Assembly (NCBI GenBank): GCA_031254575.1
Contig: JAIRUE010000112.1
Span: 3,811 to 67,810, forward strand
Source of the DNA: Oscillospiraceae bacterium
Lineage (GTDB): Bacteria; Bacillota; Clostridia; Oscillospirales; UBA929
DNA length: 64,000 nt
Direction of reading: 5' to 3'
The position numbers were made by a program, and so were the translations under genes. Position 1 is the first letter of the stretch; each line of letters begins with the position of its first letter. This document shows, in pieces, positions 17,851 through 27,162 of the stretch. The notes under the pieces are model-generated. The model saw only the letters and a list, made by a program, of their open reading frames with translations, searched no databases and was not told the origin of the DNA.

Positions 17851-18970
17851 CGGAGGGGTTTTCGATATACGGCGCGTCGTCCAGCGCCCGCTCCACCCGT
17901 TCCGCGATCTCCGTAAATCCGCATTCCCCGCGCAGGAACGCCGTTACCGCCGCCTCGCCCGCGCCGCACAGCGCCGCGCCCATGTTGCCGCCGCGCCGCG
18001 CCGCGCGTTCCGCCAGCGCAAGGCAAGGGAAGCGGCCGCGGTCAGGTTCCTCAAAGGTCAGGGTACTTCGCGCGGTAAAACCGAGCTTCGCCGCCGGGCC
18101 GGGCAGGCGCGCCGGATAGGTCAGCGCGTACTGTATCGGCAGGCGCATGTCGGGCGGGGCGAGCTGCGCGATGACCGCGCCGTCAGTATATTCCACCATC
18201 GAATGAATAATGCTCTCCGGGTGCAGTACCACGTCTGTCTGTTCCGGGCGCAGGGAAAACAGGTGGATCGCCTCGATAATTTCCAGCCCCTTGTTCAGCA
18301 GAGTTGCCGAATCGACGGTGACCTTGGGGCCCATACGCCATGTCGGGTGTTTCAGCGCCATCTCCGGCGTGACGGAACGGAGCTGTTCTTTGGAAAAGTC
18401 CCTGAACGGCCCGCCGGACGCGGTAAGAATAACGCGGGAAACCTCCTCCCGCCGCCCGCCTTGCAGGCACTGAAAAATTGCGCTGTGTTCGCTGTCCACC
18501 GGTATAATGCCCCGTTTGGCGGCATTTGTTACCAGTCCGCCGCCGCAGACAAGGCTTTCCTTGTTGGCCAGCAGCAGCCGTTTGCCCGAGTCCAGCGCCG
18601 CGAGAGTGGGGCGCAGGCCGCTTATCCCCGACAGGGCGTTGAGAACGGTATCCGCGCCGGGAAAAACCGCCGCCTCAAGAATGCTCTCCGCGCCGCAGAG
18701 GACTTTGACCGGCGTATCGGCCAGCGAACTTTTGAGGGCGCGCCCAGCTTCCGCGTCCGCGACGCAGACGAGCTCCGGCAAAAACCGCCGCGCCTGCTCC
18801 TCCAGCAGCGGGGTGTTGCGTCCCGCCGCGAGAACGGCGATCCCCGGCTCAAAAGGCAGGAAGTGCGTTCCCTCTCTCCCACGGTCCGGCCCGGACGTCC
18901 GCAGCGCCTCGCAGACGGCGAGCGCCTGACGGCCGATCGAACCGGTGGAACCGAGCAAGGAGAGCGTCAT
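17810..18970 (-). CDS. dxr: 1-deoxy-D-xylulose 5-phosphate reductoisomerase
   Basis: The N-terminus reads LSLLGSTGSIGRQAL. Further matches are LLANKESLV, PVDSEHSAIFQC and ILTASGGPFR. Confidence 0.95.
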   Translation of the reverse strand: MTLSLLGSTGSIGRQALAVCEALRTSGPDRGREGTHFLPFEPGIAVLAAGRNTPLLEEQARRFLPELVCVADAEAGRALKSSLADTPVKVLCGAESILEAAVFPGADTVLNALSGISGLRPTLAALDSGKRLLLANKESLVCGGGLVTNAAKRGIIPVDSEHSAIFQCLQGGRREEVSRVILTASGGPFRDFSKEQLRSVTPEMALKHPTWRMGPKVTVDSATLLNKGLEIIEAIHLFSLRPEQTDVVLHPESIIHSMVEYTDGAVIAQLAPPDMRLPIQYALTYPARLPGPAAKLGFTARSTLTFEEPDRGRFPCLALAERAARRGGNMGAALCGAGEAAVTAFLRGECGFTEIAERVERALDDAPYIENPSVEDVLQTVNLYRW

Positions 18971-19800
18971 GAAACAGCCTCTATCGCGGGCAGCAAAATA
19001 ATCAGAACCTCCAGTACCGGCGCGGCGAACAGCAAACTGTCAAAGCGGTCGAGAACGCCGCCGTGCCCCGGCAGCAGCGAGCCAAAATCCTTGATCTGAA
19101 ACTCGCGCTTGACGAGGCTCATCGAAAGATCGCCCAGCTGCCCCGCAAGGCTTCCCGCAAGACCGTACAGCAGCAGCAGCGGGTAGCTGACAGCACGGCC
19201 GAAAACTGTCTGCATCAGAACGCCGTAAAGGACCATGCCGGCCAGGACGCCAATCAGGCCGCCAACGGAGCCTTCAACCGTTTTTTTGGGGCTGACGGGA
19301 GTGAGCTTATGCCTGCCCCAGGCCGACCCTGTGAAGTAGGCGCAGGTATCCCCCAAAAGCGCGGCTATAAACGGCAGCATGATAACGTATTTTCCGCCGG
19401 CAAACGCCATGACGCGGATGAGCGAGGAAAAAAACGAGGGAATACAGACAGCCGTCGTAAAGATGACGCCGATATGCTTGAATGTGACCCGTTCATGGTC
19501 GGCGACGGCTTCCCCGAAAAGCGCCATCAGGAAGAGCAGCGGGCCCGCGAGCCGGAGCGAGCCGGCATAATCCCCGAGGCAGGGTCTTATGTAAAACCAG
19601 ACGGGCACGCAGGCGGCAAAGACAACGGCGCAGGCGGACAGCCTTTTTTTAGGGGCAAAGCCCGTGTTGCCCAGCAGTTCCCAGACGGACAGAGCGGAAA
19701 TGAGGGAGATAACCGCCGCAAGCGTCCAGTCCGGCGCGAAAAACAGGACAAGCGGCAGGACGGGCAAAAGGATGATTCCCACAATGATCCGCACACGCAT
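18967..19800 (-). CDS. cdsA: Phosphatidate cytidylyltransferase (CdsA)
   Basis: The track ORF extends into uppS. ATG 19800 gives MRVRIIVGIILLPVLPLVLFF... and ends with the CTP-transferase signature SLVKREFQIKDFGSLLPGHGGVLDRFDS. Confidence 0.9.
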   Translation of the reverse strand: MRVRIIVGIILLPVLPLVLFFAPDWTLAAVISLISALSVWELLGNTGFAPKKRLSACAVVFAACVPVWFYIRPCLGDYAGSLRLAGPLLFLMALFGEAVADHERVTFKHIGVIFTTAVCIPSFFSSLIRVMAFAGGKYVIMLPFIAALLGDTCAYFTGSAWGRHKLTPVSPKKTVEGSVGGLIGVLAGMVLYGVLMQTVFGRAVSYPLLLLYGLAGSLAGQLGDLSMSLVKREFQIKDFGSLLPGHGGVLDRFDSLLFAAPVLEVLIILLPAIEAVS

Positions 19801-19852
19801 AAAAACGACCGCCTCCTGACAAGCCGCGGACAAAACACGGGGGCCGTATCCC

Positions 19853-20560
19853 TTACAGTCCCCCGTATCTGCGGTTTCGATCGGAATAATTCTCAAGAAT
19901 GGAGACCAGTTCTTTTTTTGAAAAGTCTGGCCACAGCGTATCGGTGAAAAACAGCTCGGCATAGGCGAGCTGCCACGGCATGAAGTTGGACAGGCGCCAC
20001 TCGCCCCCGGTCCGGATACAGAGATCGGGGTCGGGAAGGAACGCCGTGTCAAGGTGGCGCGAAAAGGTGTCCTCGGTCACGTCTCCGGTCTCCGCGCCCG
20101 AGGAAAGGTGCATCAGCTCGCGGGCCGCGCGCACGATCTCGTCGCGTCCGCCGTAGTTGACGCAGATGCCGCACAGACAGCCGTCATACCGCGCCGAGAC
20201 CTTCTCCGCCCGCTCCATCTGCTCCCGTATATCCCCGGGGAGCGGCTCAAGGTCCCCCAGGAATTTCAGCCGCACGCGGTCGCGCTCCATTTTCTCCAGC
20301 GATTCGGAGATATAACGGCGCAGAAGGTCATAGATCTCCTCTACCTCCTCCCCCGGTCGCAGCCGCCTGTTTTCGGTGGAAAGGGCGTAGACGGTAAGGT
20401 TCCGGACGCCGATGTCGCGGCAAAACGTGGCGATGGTGCGGAACGTCTCCGCTCCCGCCGCGTGCCCCGCCTTGCGCGGCAGGCCGCGCCGCCGCGCCCA
20501 GCGCCCGTTTCCGTCCATGATGACGGCGATGTGGCCCGGCAGTGTCGCAGGCAGCTTCAA
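19853..20560 (-). CDS. uppS: Isoprenyl transferase / undecaprenyl diphosphate synthase
   Basis: HIAVIMDGNGRWA is present, along with TVYALSTEN, LCIRTGGEWRLSNFMPWQLAYAELFF. Confidence 0.95.
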   Translation of the reverse strand: MKLPATLPGHIAVIMDGNGRWARRRGLPRKAGHAAGAETFRTIATFCRDIGVRNLTVYALSTENRRLRPGEEVEEIYDLLRRYISESLEKMERDRVRLKFLGDLEPLPGDIREQMERAEKVSARYDGCLCGICVNYGGRDEIVRAARELMHLSSGAETGDVTEDTFSRHLDTAFLPDPDLCIRTGGEWRLSNFMPWQLAYAELFFTDTLWPDFSKKELVSILENYSDRNRRYGGL

Positions 20561-21108
20561 ACTTCCATCAATTCCTTTTCCTTTTTTGCGGTAAGCGCGT
20601 CGATGTCCCTGACCGCATTGTCGGTCAGTTCCTGAACGTCGCGCTCGGTGTCGCGCAGGTCGTCCTCGGTGATCTCGCTCTTTTTCTGCTGCTTCTTATA
20701 GGCCTCGATGGCGTCGCGCCGGATGTTGCGCACCGCCACCTTGGCCTCCTCGCCGTATTTGTGTACAAGCCGGGTCAGTTCCTTGCGGCGTTCTTCCGTG
20801 AGCTGCGGGAACGCCAGGCGGATGACCTTGCCGTCGTTGGTCGGGTTGATGCCCAGGTCGGACGCCTGTATGGCCTTTTCAACGGCCTTGAGCACCGACG
20901 CGTCCCACGGCTGGATGACCAGAACGCGCGGCTCGGGCGTGGAGACCGACGCGATCTGCGCCACCGGCGTGGTGACGCCGTAGTAGTCGACCGACACGCG
21001 CTCGAGCACGGCGGCGCTGGCGCGCCCCGCGCGGATCGTGGCGTAACTGTGGCCCAGCATCTCCAGCGTTTTTGCGATCCTGTCCTCTATTTCGGGGTAA
21101 CTGCCCAT
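20557..21108 (-). CDS. frr: Ribosome recycling factor
   Basis: 183 aa, with FPQLTEERRKELTRLVHKYGEEAKVAVRNIRRDA. Confidence 0.95.
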   Translation of the reverse strand: MGSYPEIEDRIAKTLEMLGHSYATIRAGRASAAVLERVSVDYYGVTTPVAQIASVSTPEPRVLVIQPWDASVLKAVEKAIQASDLGINPTNDGKVIRLAFPQLTEERRKELTRLVHKYGEEAKVAVRNIRRDAIEAYKKQQKKSEITEDDLRDTERDVQELTDNAVRDIDALTAKKEKELMEV

Positions 21109-21123
21109 ACGGATCGTCCTTTC

Positions 21124-21837
21124 TTACCGTACCATGGTACCTATTTTTTCGCCCATAACGGCGCGGTATATATTTTCCGGGTCGCTCAGCGCGAACAGCA
21201 GGACGGGAATGCGGTTGTCCCGGATAAAGCTGGCCGCCGCCGCGTCCATCGCCTTGAGGTCGTCGCGGAGAAAATCGCCGGGGGACAGTTCGTCGTATCT
21301 GCGCGCGCCGGGGTTGGTTTTGGGGTCGTCGTCGTATACGCCGTCCACATTCTTGGCGAGAAGGACGATATTCGCCCCGATCTCCGCGCCGCGCAGCAGG
21401 GCCGCCGTGTCTGTGGTAAAATAGGGATTGCCCGTCCCGCAGCCGAAGACGACCACCCGGCCCTTGTCAAGATGGGATATGGCGCGCAGGCGGGCGAACG
21501 GTTCGGCGAAAGGCCGCATTTCAACGGCGGTCTGCACACGCACCTCAATGCCGTTTCTCTCCAGCACGTCTGCGATGGCGAGGCAGTTGATGGCGGTGGC
21601 CAGCATCCCCATATGATCGGCCCGCGAACGGTCCATCCTGCCGCCGCCGTCCTTGGCCCCGCGCCAGATATTCCCCCCGCCGATCACCAGGCCGATCTGA
21701 ACGCCCTCGTCAAGGCAGCGCCTGATGACGCCGGAGATGCCCTCGATGACGCCGAAGGACAGGACTTCGCCGCCGCCGCCCGCGATGGCCTCCCCGCTGA
21801 TCTTGACGAGCACCCGTTTATATACAGGCCCGGCCAT
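21124..21837 (-). CDS. pyrH: UMP kinase
   Basis: [15 protein letters not shown] is present, along with [18 protein letters not shown] and [22 protein letters not shown]. Confidence 0.95.
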   Translation of the reverse strand: [237 protein letters not shown]

Positions 21838-21869
21838 GCTCTTCCCTCCCCGCGTTCATGTCAACCGGC

Positions 21870-21898
21870 ATTATACCATACCGTGCGCGGGGGCGCAA
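21870..21898 (-). promoter_or_regulatory. Sigma-A-type promoter of the pyrH...polC block
   Basis: On the minus strand: TTGCGC, a 17-nt spacer, then TATAAT, about 30 nt upstream of the GGGGAGGGAAG RBS. Confidence 0.5.
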
Positions 21899-22110
21899 GT
21901 ATATTGCGCCGGATTTTCCGCCCGCCAGTCTGGAAAAAACAGGTGGGCCGTCATTGCCGGTTTGCATAAAAAGGAAATTGAAACTGAACAACATATCGTA
22001 CTCGAATAATATAAACCTACTATATCTTGAAATAAATGATTGCCGTCTTTGTGCATTCTGCTCTTTTTTCGGCAAAACCAAGAATTATTGGGTAAATTGG
22101 GAAAAACCTA

Positions 22111-22139
22111 TTGACGAACGGGCCTGATGGGAGTATGAT
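22111..22139 (+). promoter_or_regulatory. Sigma-A-type promoter of the M23 peptidase gene
   Basis: TTGACG, a 17-nt spacer, then TATGAT. It lies in a 350-bp AT-rich divergent intergenic region. Confidence 0.6.
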
Positions 22140-22185
22140 GAAATGGCTTGTTACCGTTTTGTAACCAATCGACAGAAGGAGCGTC

Positions 22186-23835
22186 TTGATCATGGCTGAA
22201 ACCGTATGGGGGCGTGCGCCGTCAAGGCCCTATGCCCGTACGGGACTATACACGGGCAATGACCTCTGCTGGGAAGTCTCGCGCCTGACGGCCCGCCGGT
22301 ATAAACGCGCCTGCCGCCGCGCCGGACGGGAGAGCCTCCGTCTTCGCCTGTCGGGTGGCTCTTCCGCTTTCCTCTCAGCCTTTTCGCGGGCGGCCGATCC
22401 GTTCCGGACCGCCGCCGCCGCGCTTGTCTACGGTTCGGCCGGGTGCGCCGCGCGCCTGCGCAACATGGGCCGGAGCGGGAGCTTTTCCCTGGAGCGGTCC
22501 GGAGGGGCGGCGCGCGGCAAGCATAACCATGTCCGCTTCAATACGGCGCTGGCGTTCCTCGCCGCGGGCGTGCTCATCTTCGCCGCCTCCATATACAGGG
22601 TCGGCCTCGAGGTGCTCCTCGATGGGGAGAGCATCGGCTATGTCGCCAGCCAAAGCGTCGTTGAGACTTCCCTCGCCGCCGTTTCTCAGCGCGCCGGGGA
22701 TATTTTAGGGCGTTCGTTTACCGTTTCGCCCGACATCATCTACCGTTTCTCCATCGTCAGCAGGAATCAGATGTATGACAGCGCGGGCGTCGAGGCGGGA
22801 CTGCTCGGCAGCATCCCGGATATAGACCGCCTGTGCGTGCTGTCCGTGGACGGGCAGCCGGTCGGCGCCGCGTGGACGCCTTCCGACCTTCAGGAGGTTT
22901 TGCGCGCGCTTTTGGCGGAATATCCGTCCGACGGCCAGACGGTTTTCCCGCAGGAAGTTTCTATCCAGAGCCAGCTGGCCCCGATTTCGCTGCTCCGGAC
23001 TCAGGACGAACTTCTTTCGACGCTGACCCACCCGGTCCGCGAGGAGATCCGCGTGACCGTAGGGGAGGGCGACACCCTTGAATCCCTCGCGGCGGCATGC
23101 AGAGTCCCCGTCGAAACGCTGCTTTCGCTCAACCCATTACTGGACGGCGGAACGCCGGTCAGCGGGCAGACCCTGCTGGTTCAGAGGGCGAAGCCGATGC
23201 TGTCCGTTATGTATAAGGAGCAGGTCTCCTATTTGCAGCCCGTCGCGTACAAGACGGAAACCGTTGACGATCCGACCCTCTGGCTGGGGGAAACAAAGGT
23301 GATCACGGAGGGCGTGGACGGAGAGGCGCTGGTCATGGCGGTGCAGACTTCCCTCGACGGCTACGCGCCCGAAACCGAGGTGACCAGCATGCTGACCGTG
23401 ACGGCGCCGGTCAATGAGGTCATCGCCAACGGGACAAAGACCCGCAGCGCCACCAACACCTTCATTCGCCCTTATTACGGCCAGATCTCCTCCAAATTCG
23501 GCATGCGCAAACTGCTCGGCAAGTATGAAATGCATTACGGCGTCGATTTCAGAGGGCCGATCGGGGATCCCATCGTAGCCTCCGACGGCGGCGTCATTGC
23601 CTATGCCGGGACCAAGGCCGGGTACGGGCTGTGCGTCATCATCGACCATCAAAACGGCTACAAGACGCTCTACGGCCACTGCTCCAAGCTGCTCGTCAAA
23701 GAGGGGCAGAAGGTGGGCCAGGGCGAGCGGATTGCCAACATCGGCAACACGGGCCGTACCACGGGACCGCACGTCCACTTCGAGGTACAGGTCAACGGCG
23801 TGGCGAAGAACCCGATGAATTATATCTATCAATAA
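22186..23835 (+). CDS. M23 family metallopeptidase with LysM-like and G5-like modules
   Basis: The C-terminus has HYGVDFRGPIGDPIVASDGGVIAYAG...IIDHQNGYKTLYGHCS...GNTGRTTGPHVHFEV (HxxxD/HxH). The middle region has VTVGEGDTLESLAAACRVPVETLLSLNP (LysM-like) and ETKVITEGVDGEALV (G5-like). The start is TTG 22186 or ATG 22192, after AGAAGGAG. Confidence 0.85.
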   Translation: MIMAETVWGRAPSRPYARTGLYTGNDLCWEVSRLTARRYKRACRRAGRESLRLRLSGGSSAFLSAFSRAADPFRTAAAALVYGSAGCAARLRNMGRSGSFSLERSGGAARGKHNHVRFNTALAFLAAGVLIFAASIYRVGLEVLLDGESIGYVASQSVVETSLAAVSQRAGDILGRSFTVSPDIIYRFSIVSRNQMYDSAGVEAGLLGSIPDIDRLCVLSVDGQPVGAAWTPSDLQEVLRALLAEYPSDGQTVFPQEVSIQSQLAPISLLRTQDELLSTLTHPVREEIRVTVGEGDTLESLAAACRVPVETLLSLNPLLDGGTPVSGQTLLVQRAKPMLSVMYKEQVSYLQPVAYKTETVDDPTLWLGETKVITEGVDGEALVMAVQTSLDGYAPETEVTSMLTVTAPVNEVIANGTKTRSATNTFIRPYYGQISSKFGMRKLLGKYEMHYGVDFRGPIGDPIVASDGGVIAYAGTKAGYGLCVIIDHQNGYKTLYGHCSKLLVKEGQKVGQGERIANIGNTGRTTGPHVHFEVQVNGVAKNPMNYIYQ

Positions 23836-23890
23836 AAGCGGCGGGCCACGGCATAGCGCAATCATCGGCTATAAAAACAGGTGTGTATCC

Positions 23891-23919
23891 GCATGAACGG
23901 CGTATAACAGGACACAATA
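23891..23919 (+). promoter_or_regulatory. Candidate forespore (sigma-G/F-type) promoter for gpr
   Basis: GCATG, a 17-nt spacer, then CACAATA. This fits my recollection of the GHATR-17/18-CAHWHTA consensus. It overlaps the upstream terminator hairpin. Confidence 0.4.
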
Positions 23920-23937
23920 GGGTGTCCTGTTATTTTT
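23904..23937 (+). terminator. Rho-independent terminator of the M23 gene
   Basis: A 12-bp stem ATAACAGGACAC/GTGTCCTGTTAT is followed by TTTTT. Confidence 0.8.
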
Positions 23938-23955
23938 CGTATGGAGGGAATCCGA

Positions 23956-24864
23956 ATGGCGGCGTCCAAACGCACCGACCTCGCGCTGGAGGCGCGGGAG
24001 CTGATCCAGGAGAGCAGCGAGGCGACGACCGAGATCGAAGGCGTCGTCGCGCGGGAATATAAGCGGCACGGCTGTCCCGTCACGCGGGTGGAAATCATCA
24101 GCGAAGCGGGCGAGCAGGCGATGGGCAAACCCGTCGGAAACTATGTAACCGTGGAAATGCAGGGGCTTATGCGCCATGAAGAGGACGCGTTCAGGCGTTC
24201 CGTGCAGGCCATCGCAGACGAGCTTTCCCCGATGCTGCCGGTCGGCGGGATGTACGGCGTCCTGCTGGCGGGACTGGGCAACCGCGACATCACGCCCGAC
24301 GCCATCGGGCCGCTGGCTATGCAGAACAGCGTCGTAACGCGGCATCTGGTGGACAAAATGCCGGAGAATTTCGGGCACATGCGCCCCGTCGCCGCCATCT
24401 CGCCCGGCGTATTGGGCACGACCGGCATGGAGAGCGCCGAGCTCATCCTCGGCGCGATACAGTACGCGCGGCCCGGCGCGGTCGTCATCATCGACGCGCT
24501 GACCTCGCGCCGCCTGTCGCGGCTGTGTTCGACGGTGCAGCTCGCGGACAGCGGGATCGTCCCCGGCTCCGGCGTAGGCAACGCGCGGGCGGCGCTGAAC
24601 AAAAAGACGCTGGGCGTGCCGGTCATCTCGGTCGGCGTGCCGACGGTCGTCGACGCGGTGACGCTGATGGCCGACCTCACCGAGCAGGCAGGCCAGCCCG
24701 AACCGGATTGGGACGAGATCTCCAAATTCTCAGGCGGGCTGATGGTCACGCCCAAGGAAATCGACACGCAGGTGGAAACGCTCGCCCGCGTCATCGGCTA
24801 CGCGGTGAGTATCGCGCTGCACCCGGAGATGGACGTGGACGACGTGCAGGGGTTTTTAAGCTGA
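23956..24864 (+). CDS. gpr: GPR endopeptidase (germination/spore protease, A25)
   Basis: MAASKRTDLALEARELI..., then GNYVTVEM, GLGNRDITPDAIGP, VIIDALTSR and SGIVPGSGVGN. The track ORF starts 5 codons earlier, but GGAGGG precedes ATG 23956. Confidence 0.9.
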   Translation: MAASKRTDLALEARELIQESSEATTEIEGVVAREYKRHGCPVTRVEIISEAGEQAMGKPVGNYVTVEMQGLMRHEEDAFRRSVQAIADELSPMLPVGGMYGVLLAGLGNRDITPDAIGPLAMQNSVVTRHLVDKMPENFGHMRPVAAISPGVLGTTGMESAELILGAIQYARPGAVVIIDALTSRRLSRLCSTVQLADSGIVPGSGVGNARAALNKKTLGVPVISVGVPTVVDAVTLMADLTEQAGQPEPDWDEISKFSGGLMVTPKEIDTQVETLARVIGYAVSIALHPEMDVDDVQGFLS

Positions 24865-24869
24865 CGGAA

Positions 24870-26249
24870 TCACACCGCCGGCCTTGTAATATCCTTTATC
24901 CATTTCCTTTGGCGGAAGCGCCAGAGGGAGGCGGCGAGTTTCCAGATCTCCTCGGCGGTCATCACGCAGAAGACCGCAAACGCTCCCCAATGAAGCCCCA
25001 GGCCCGCGAGCGCGCCCAACGGCACCGCCAGACAGTACATCGATATGAGGTCGATCAGCATTGCCGCCCTGGCGTCGCCGCCGCCGCGCAAAATGCCGAC
25101 GATAATGGTGAAGTTGACGGCGCGCGCCGGGGCGGCCAGACAGGATATAAACAGCATTGCCCGCGCCAGCGCCTCCGTTTCCGCGCTTTCGGCGAAGAGC
25201 GGTATCAGATGGGGCGACAGCACAAACACCGTCAGCGCGGCTAAAAGGCCGCCCGCAAACACACCGGCCGCCAATGCCCGGCGGAGCATGGCCGCTCCCA
25301 TTTCAGCCATCCCCTCCGTACGGCCCGACCCCAGTTCCTTGCAAATCACGACCGCGATGGCGTGGCCCACGCCGAAATACAGCGCGGAAGCAAGGCGCTC
25401 GATATTGAGCGCGATGGTATAGGCGGCGACGCCCGACGCGCCGGACGGCATATAGGCGAGGATGACGGGGAACAGCGAGAAACCGAGGCCCCACAGCGCC
25501 TCGTTGGCGATGATAGGCCCGCAGATACGCAGATAGTCCGCCCGCAGCGTCCGCCCGGGCCGCAGCATCAAACGCGGTTTAAGGGTGAAACGGGTGTCGC
25601 GCAGGACAAAAAAGACGGTGACGGCGATCTCCAGCACGCGGGCCAGCAGCGTGGCAATCGCCGCGCCGCGTACGCCGAGGGCCGGGAAGGGGCCTTTGCC
25701 AAAAATGAGCAGATAATTGAGAACCGTATTGACCGACATCGACAGGATAAGCACATTCATCCCCATGCGCGGGTTTTCCATCGCGCGCTGCGCGCCTAAA
25801 AGCAACATGGTCACGCCGTTCAGCACCATCGACGGCGCGACAATGCGCGCATACTCCGCCGCCACCGCCGCGAGGGCGGGGTCGGATGTGGTGAGCGACA
25901 TCATTTGCAGGGGAAACAGTGTGATAACGCCGCACACCAGCAGCGTGGACGCGCCGCCCAGCATGATCCCGATGCCGAGCAGCCGGTTGACGGCGTCTTT
26001 GTCGCCCCGTCCCCAATACTGGCCCACAAGGACCGTCATCCCGCTCTGTATGCCGAATATGAACAGCGATATGACAAAAAACCATGCGTTGGCCAGCGTC
26101 AGCGCCGCAAGCTCCGTTTCGCCCAGGGTGCCCACCATGAAGGTGTCGAACAGCCCCAGCGACTGGTTGATAAGGTTTTGCAGCATGATGGGCACAGCCA
26201 GCGTGAGCAGGCGGCGCGTCAGCCCTGTCATAGGCCGGTCCGTTTTCAT
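24870..26249 (-). CDS. MATE family efflux transporter
   Basis: The product is 12-TM-like, beginning LLTLAVPIMLQNLINQSLGLFDTFMVGTLGETELAALTLAN. ATG 26249 overlaps the stop of the upstream small ORF (ATGA). The track uses GTG 26255. Confidence 0.9.
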   Translation of the reverse strand: MKTDRPMTGLTRRLLTLAVPIMLQNLINQSLGLFDTFMVGTLGETELAALTLANAWFFVISLFIFGIQSGMTVLVGQYWGRGDKDAVNRLLGIGIMLGGASTLLVCGVITLFPLQMMSLTTSDPALAAVAAEYARIVAPSMVLNGVTMLLLGAQRAMENPRMGMNVLILSMSVNTVLNYLLIFGKGPFPALGVRGAAIATLLARVLEIAVTVFFVLRDTRFTLKPRLMLRPGRTLRADYLRICGPIIANEALWGLGFSLFPVILAYMPSGASGVAAYTIALNIERLASALYFGVGHAIAVVICKELGSGRTEGMAEMGAAMLRRALAAGVFAGGLLAALTVFVLSPHLIPLFAESAETEALARAMLFISCLAAPARAVNFTIIVGILRGGGDARAAMLIDLISMYCLAVPLGALAGLGLHWGAFAVFCVMTAEEIWKLAASLWRFRQRKWIKDITRPAV

Positions 26250-26413
26250 AAACACCTTGTCCTTGGCAGTTTATGCAGGCGTGTGGCGAGCACGGGAACG
26301 AGCACGACCGCGAGACCCAGTTCCAGCAGGCCGTTAACGCTCAATACGAAGCCTGTGATATTCTGGAATGTGCGGCGGTCCTTTTCATATTGGGATACAG
26401 GATTGCCTCGCAT
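26246..26413 (-). CDS. Small (55 aa) single-TM hypothetical protein, translationally coupled to the MATE gene
   Basis: Below the track cutoff. AAGGAGGGATTATT precedes the ATG. The product is MRGNPVSQYEKDRRTFQNITGFVLSVNGLLELGLAVVLVPVLATRLHKLPRTRCL, and its stop overlaps the MATE ATG. Confidence 0.5.
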   Translation of the reverse strand: MRGNPVSQYEKDRRTFQNITGFVLSVNGLLELGLAVVLVPVLATRLHKLPRTRCL

Positions 26414-26520
26414 AATAATCCCTCCTTGCCGCTGTCACCGAGCTGCTCCATCGCCCGAGCAACGCCTAGCGTACGCTTGGCGCGGATGGAGCGTGACACG
26501 ACTGAATATAGCGCGGCGGG
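26414..26520 (-). promoter_or_regulatory. Copy B of a conserved modular leader/repeat element (short central hairpin)
   Basis: Blocks 26421-26460 and 26479-26514 are ~88% identical to 27171-27210 and 27311-27346. GCUCCAUC pairs with GAUGGAGC around the palindrome CGCCAAGCGUACGCUAGGCG. The element ends at the SD. Confidence 0.5.
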
Positions 26521-27162
26521 TCAGCCCTGTCCGTTCAGAATTTTCTTCAGAGGAACGCAAACGCCGGCGCCTACGATCCCGGCAATCGCGGCTTCCAGCA
26601 GGCCGTTGGTGGCGGCGACTACGGCGAGAGCGCCCAGCAGGGCGCTGTACGCAATGTCGTTCGCGGAAGCGTATGGCTGGCCGAAAAACACATAAATACC
26701 CCCAAGGACGAGGACCGTCGCGGTCAGACCGCCCAGGACGCCGCTCAGGGCGCAGGAAATCACCGGGCGGATTTTCCGTTTTTCAAACAGTTTATACAGC
26801 GCGCCGGCAGCAACGCCGACCATAACGCGCGGAACAAAGCAGATGACAAGGCTCCAGCCGTTGCCCCGCAGGTCGCCGACCGAATAGAACGGGGTGAATA
26901 CGAACGCCAGCGGGGAAGGCGGCATGAAAGTCCAGACAATGAAACTGAACAGGCCGGAAAAGAATCCCATGGCCGCGCCGGATCTCGTGCCTAGCAGGAT
27001 CGCCGCGATAATGACCGGGACGTACATAAGGGTTGCGACCATCGGGCCGATAGGGATGGAGCCGAGCGGGGTAAAGCAGAAGACGGCCTCTATGGCGAGC
27101 AGGATGGAAAACTGCGTCAGGGAACGGATACGGCTGCTTTGGGATAAAGTGTCGCGTCGCAT
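26521..27162 (-). CDS. ECF transporter S-component-like membrane protein (substrate unknown; PanT-like by context)
   Basis: 213 aa from ATG 27162, after AAGGAGGA. It is a 6-TM small integral membrane protein (FSILLAIEAVFCFTPLGSIPIGPMVATLMYVPVIIAAILLG...). It lies immediately downstream of coaX. Confidence 0.6.
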   Translation of the reverse strand: MRRDTLSQSSRIRSLTQFSILLAIEAVFCFTPLGSIPIGPMVATLMYVPVIIAAILLGTRSGAAMGFFSGLFSFIVWTFMPPSPLAFVFTPFYSVGDLRGNGWSLVICFVPRVMVGVAAGALYKLFEKRKIRPVISCALSGVLGGLTATVLVLGGIYVFFGQPYASANDIAYSALLGALAVVAATNGLLEAAIAGIVGAGVCVPLKKILNGQG

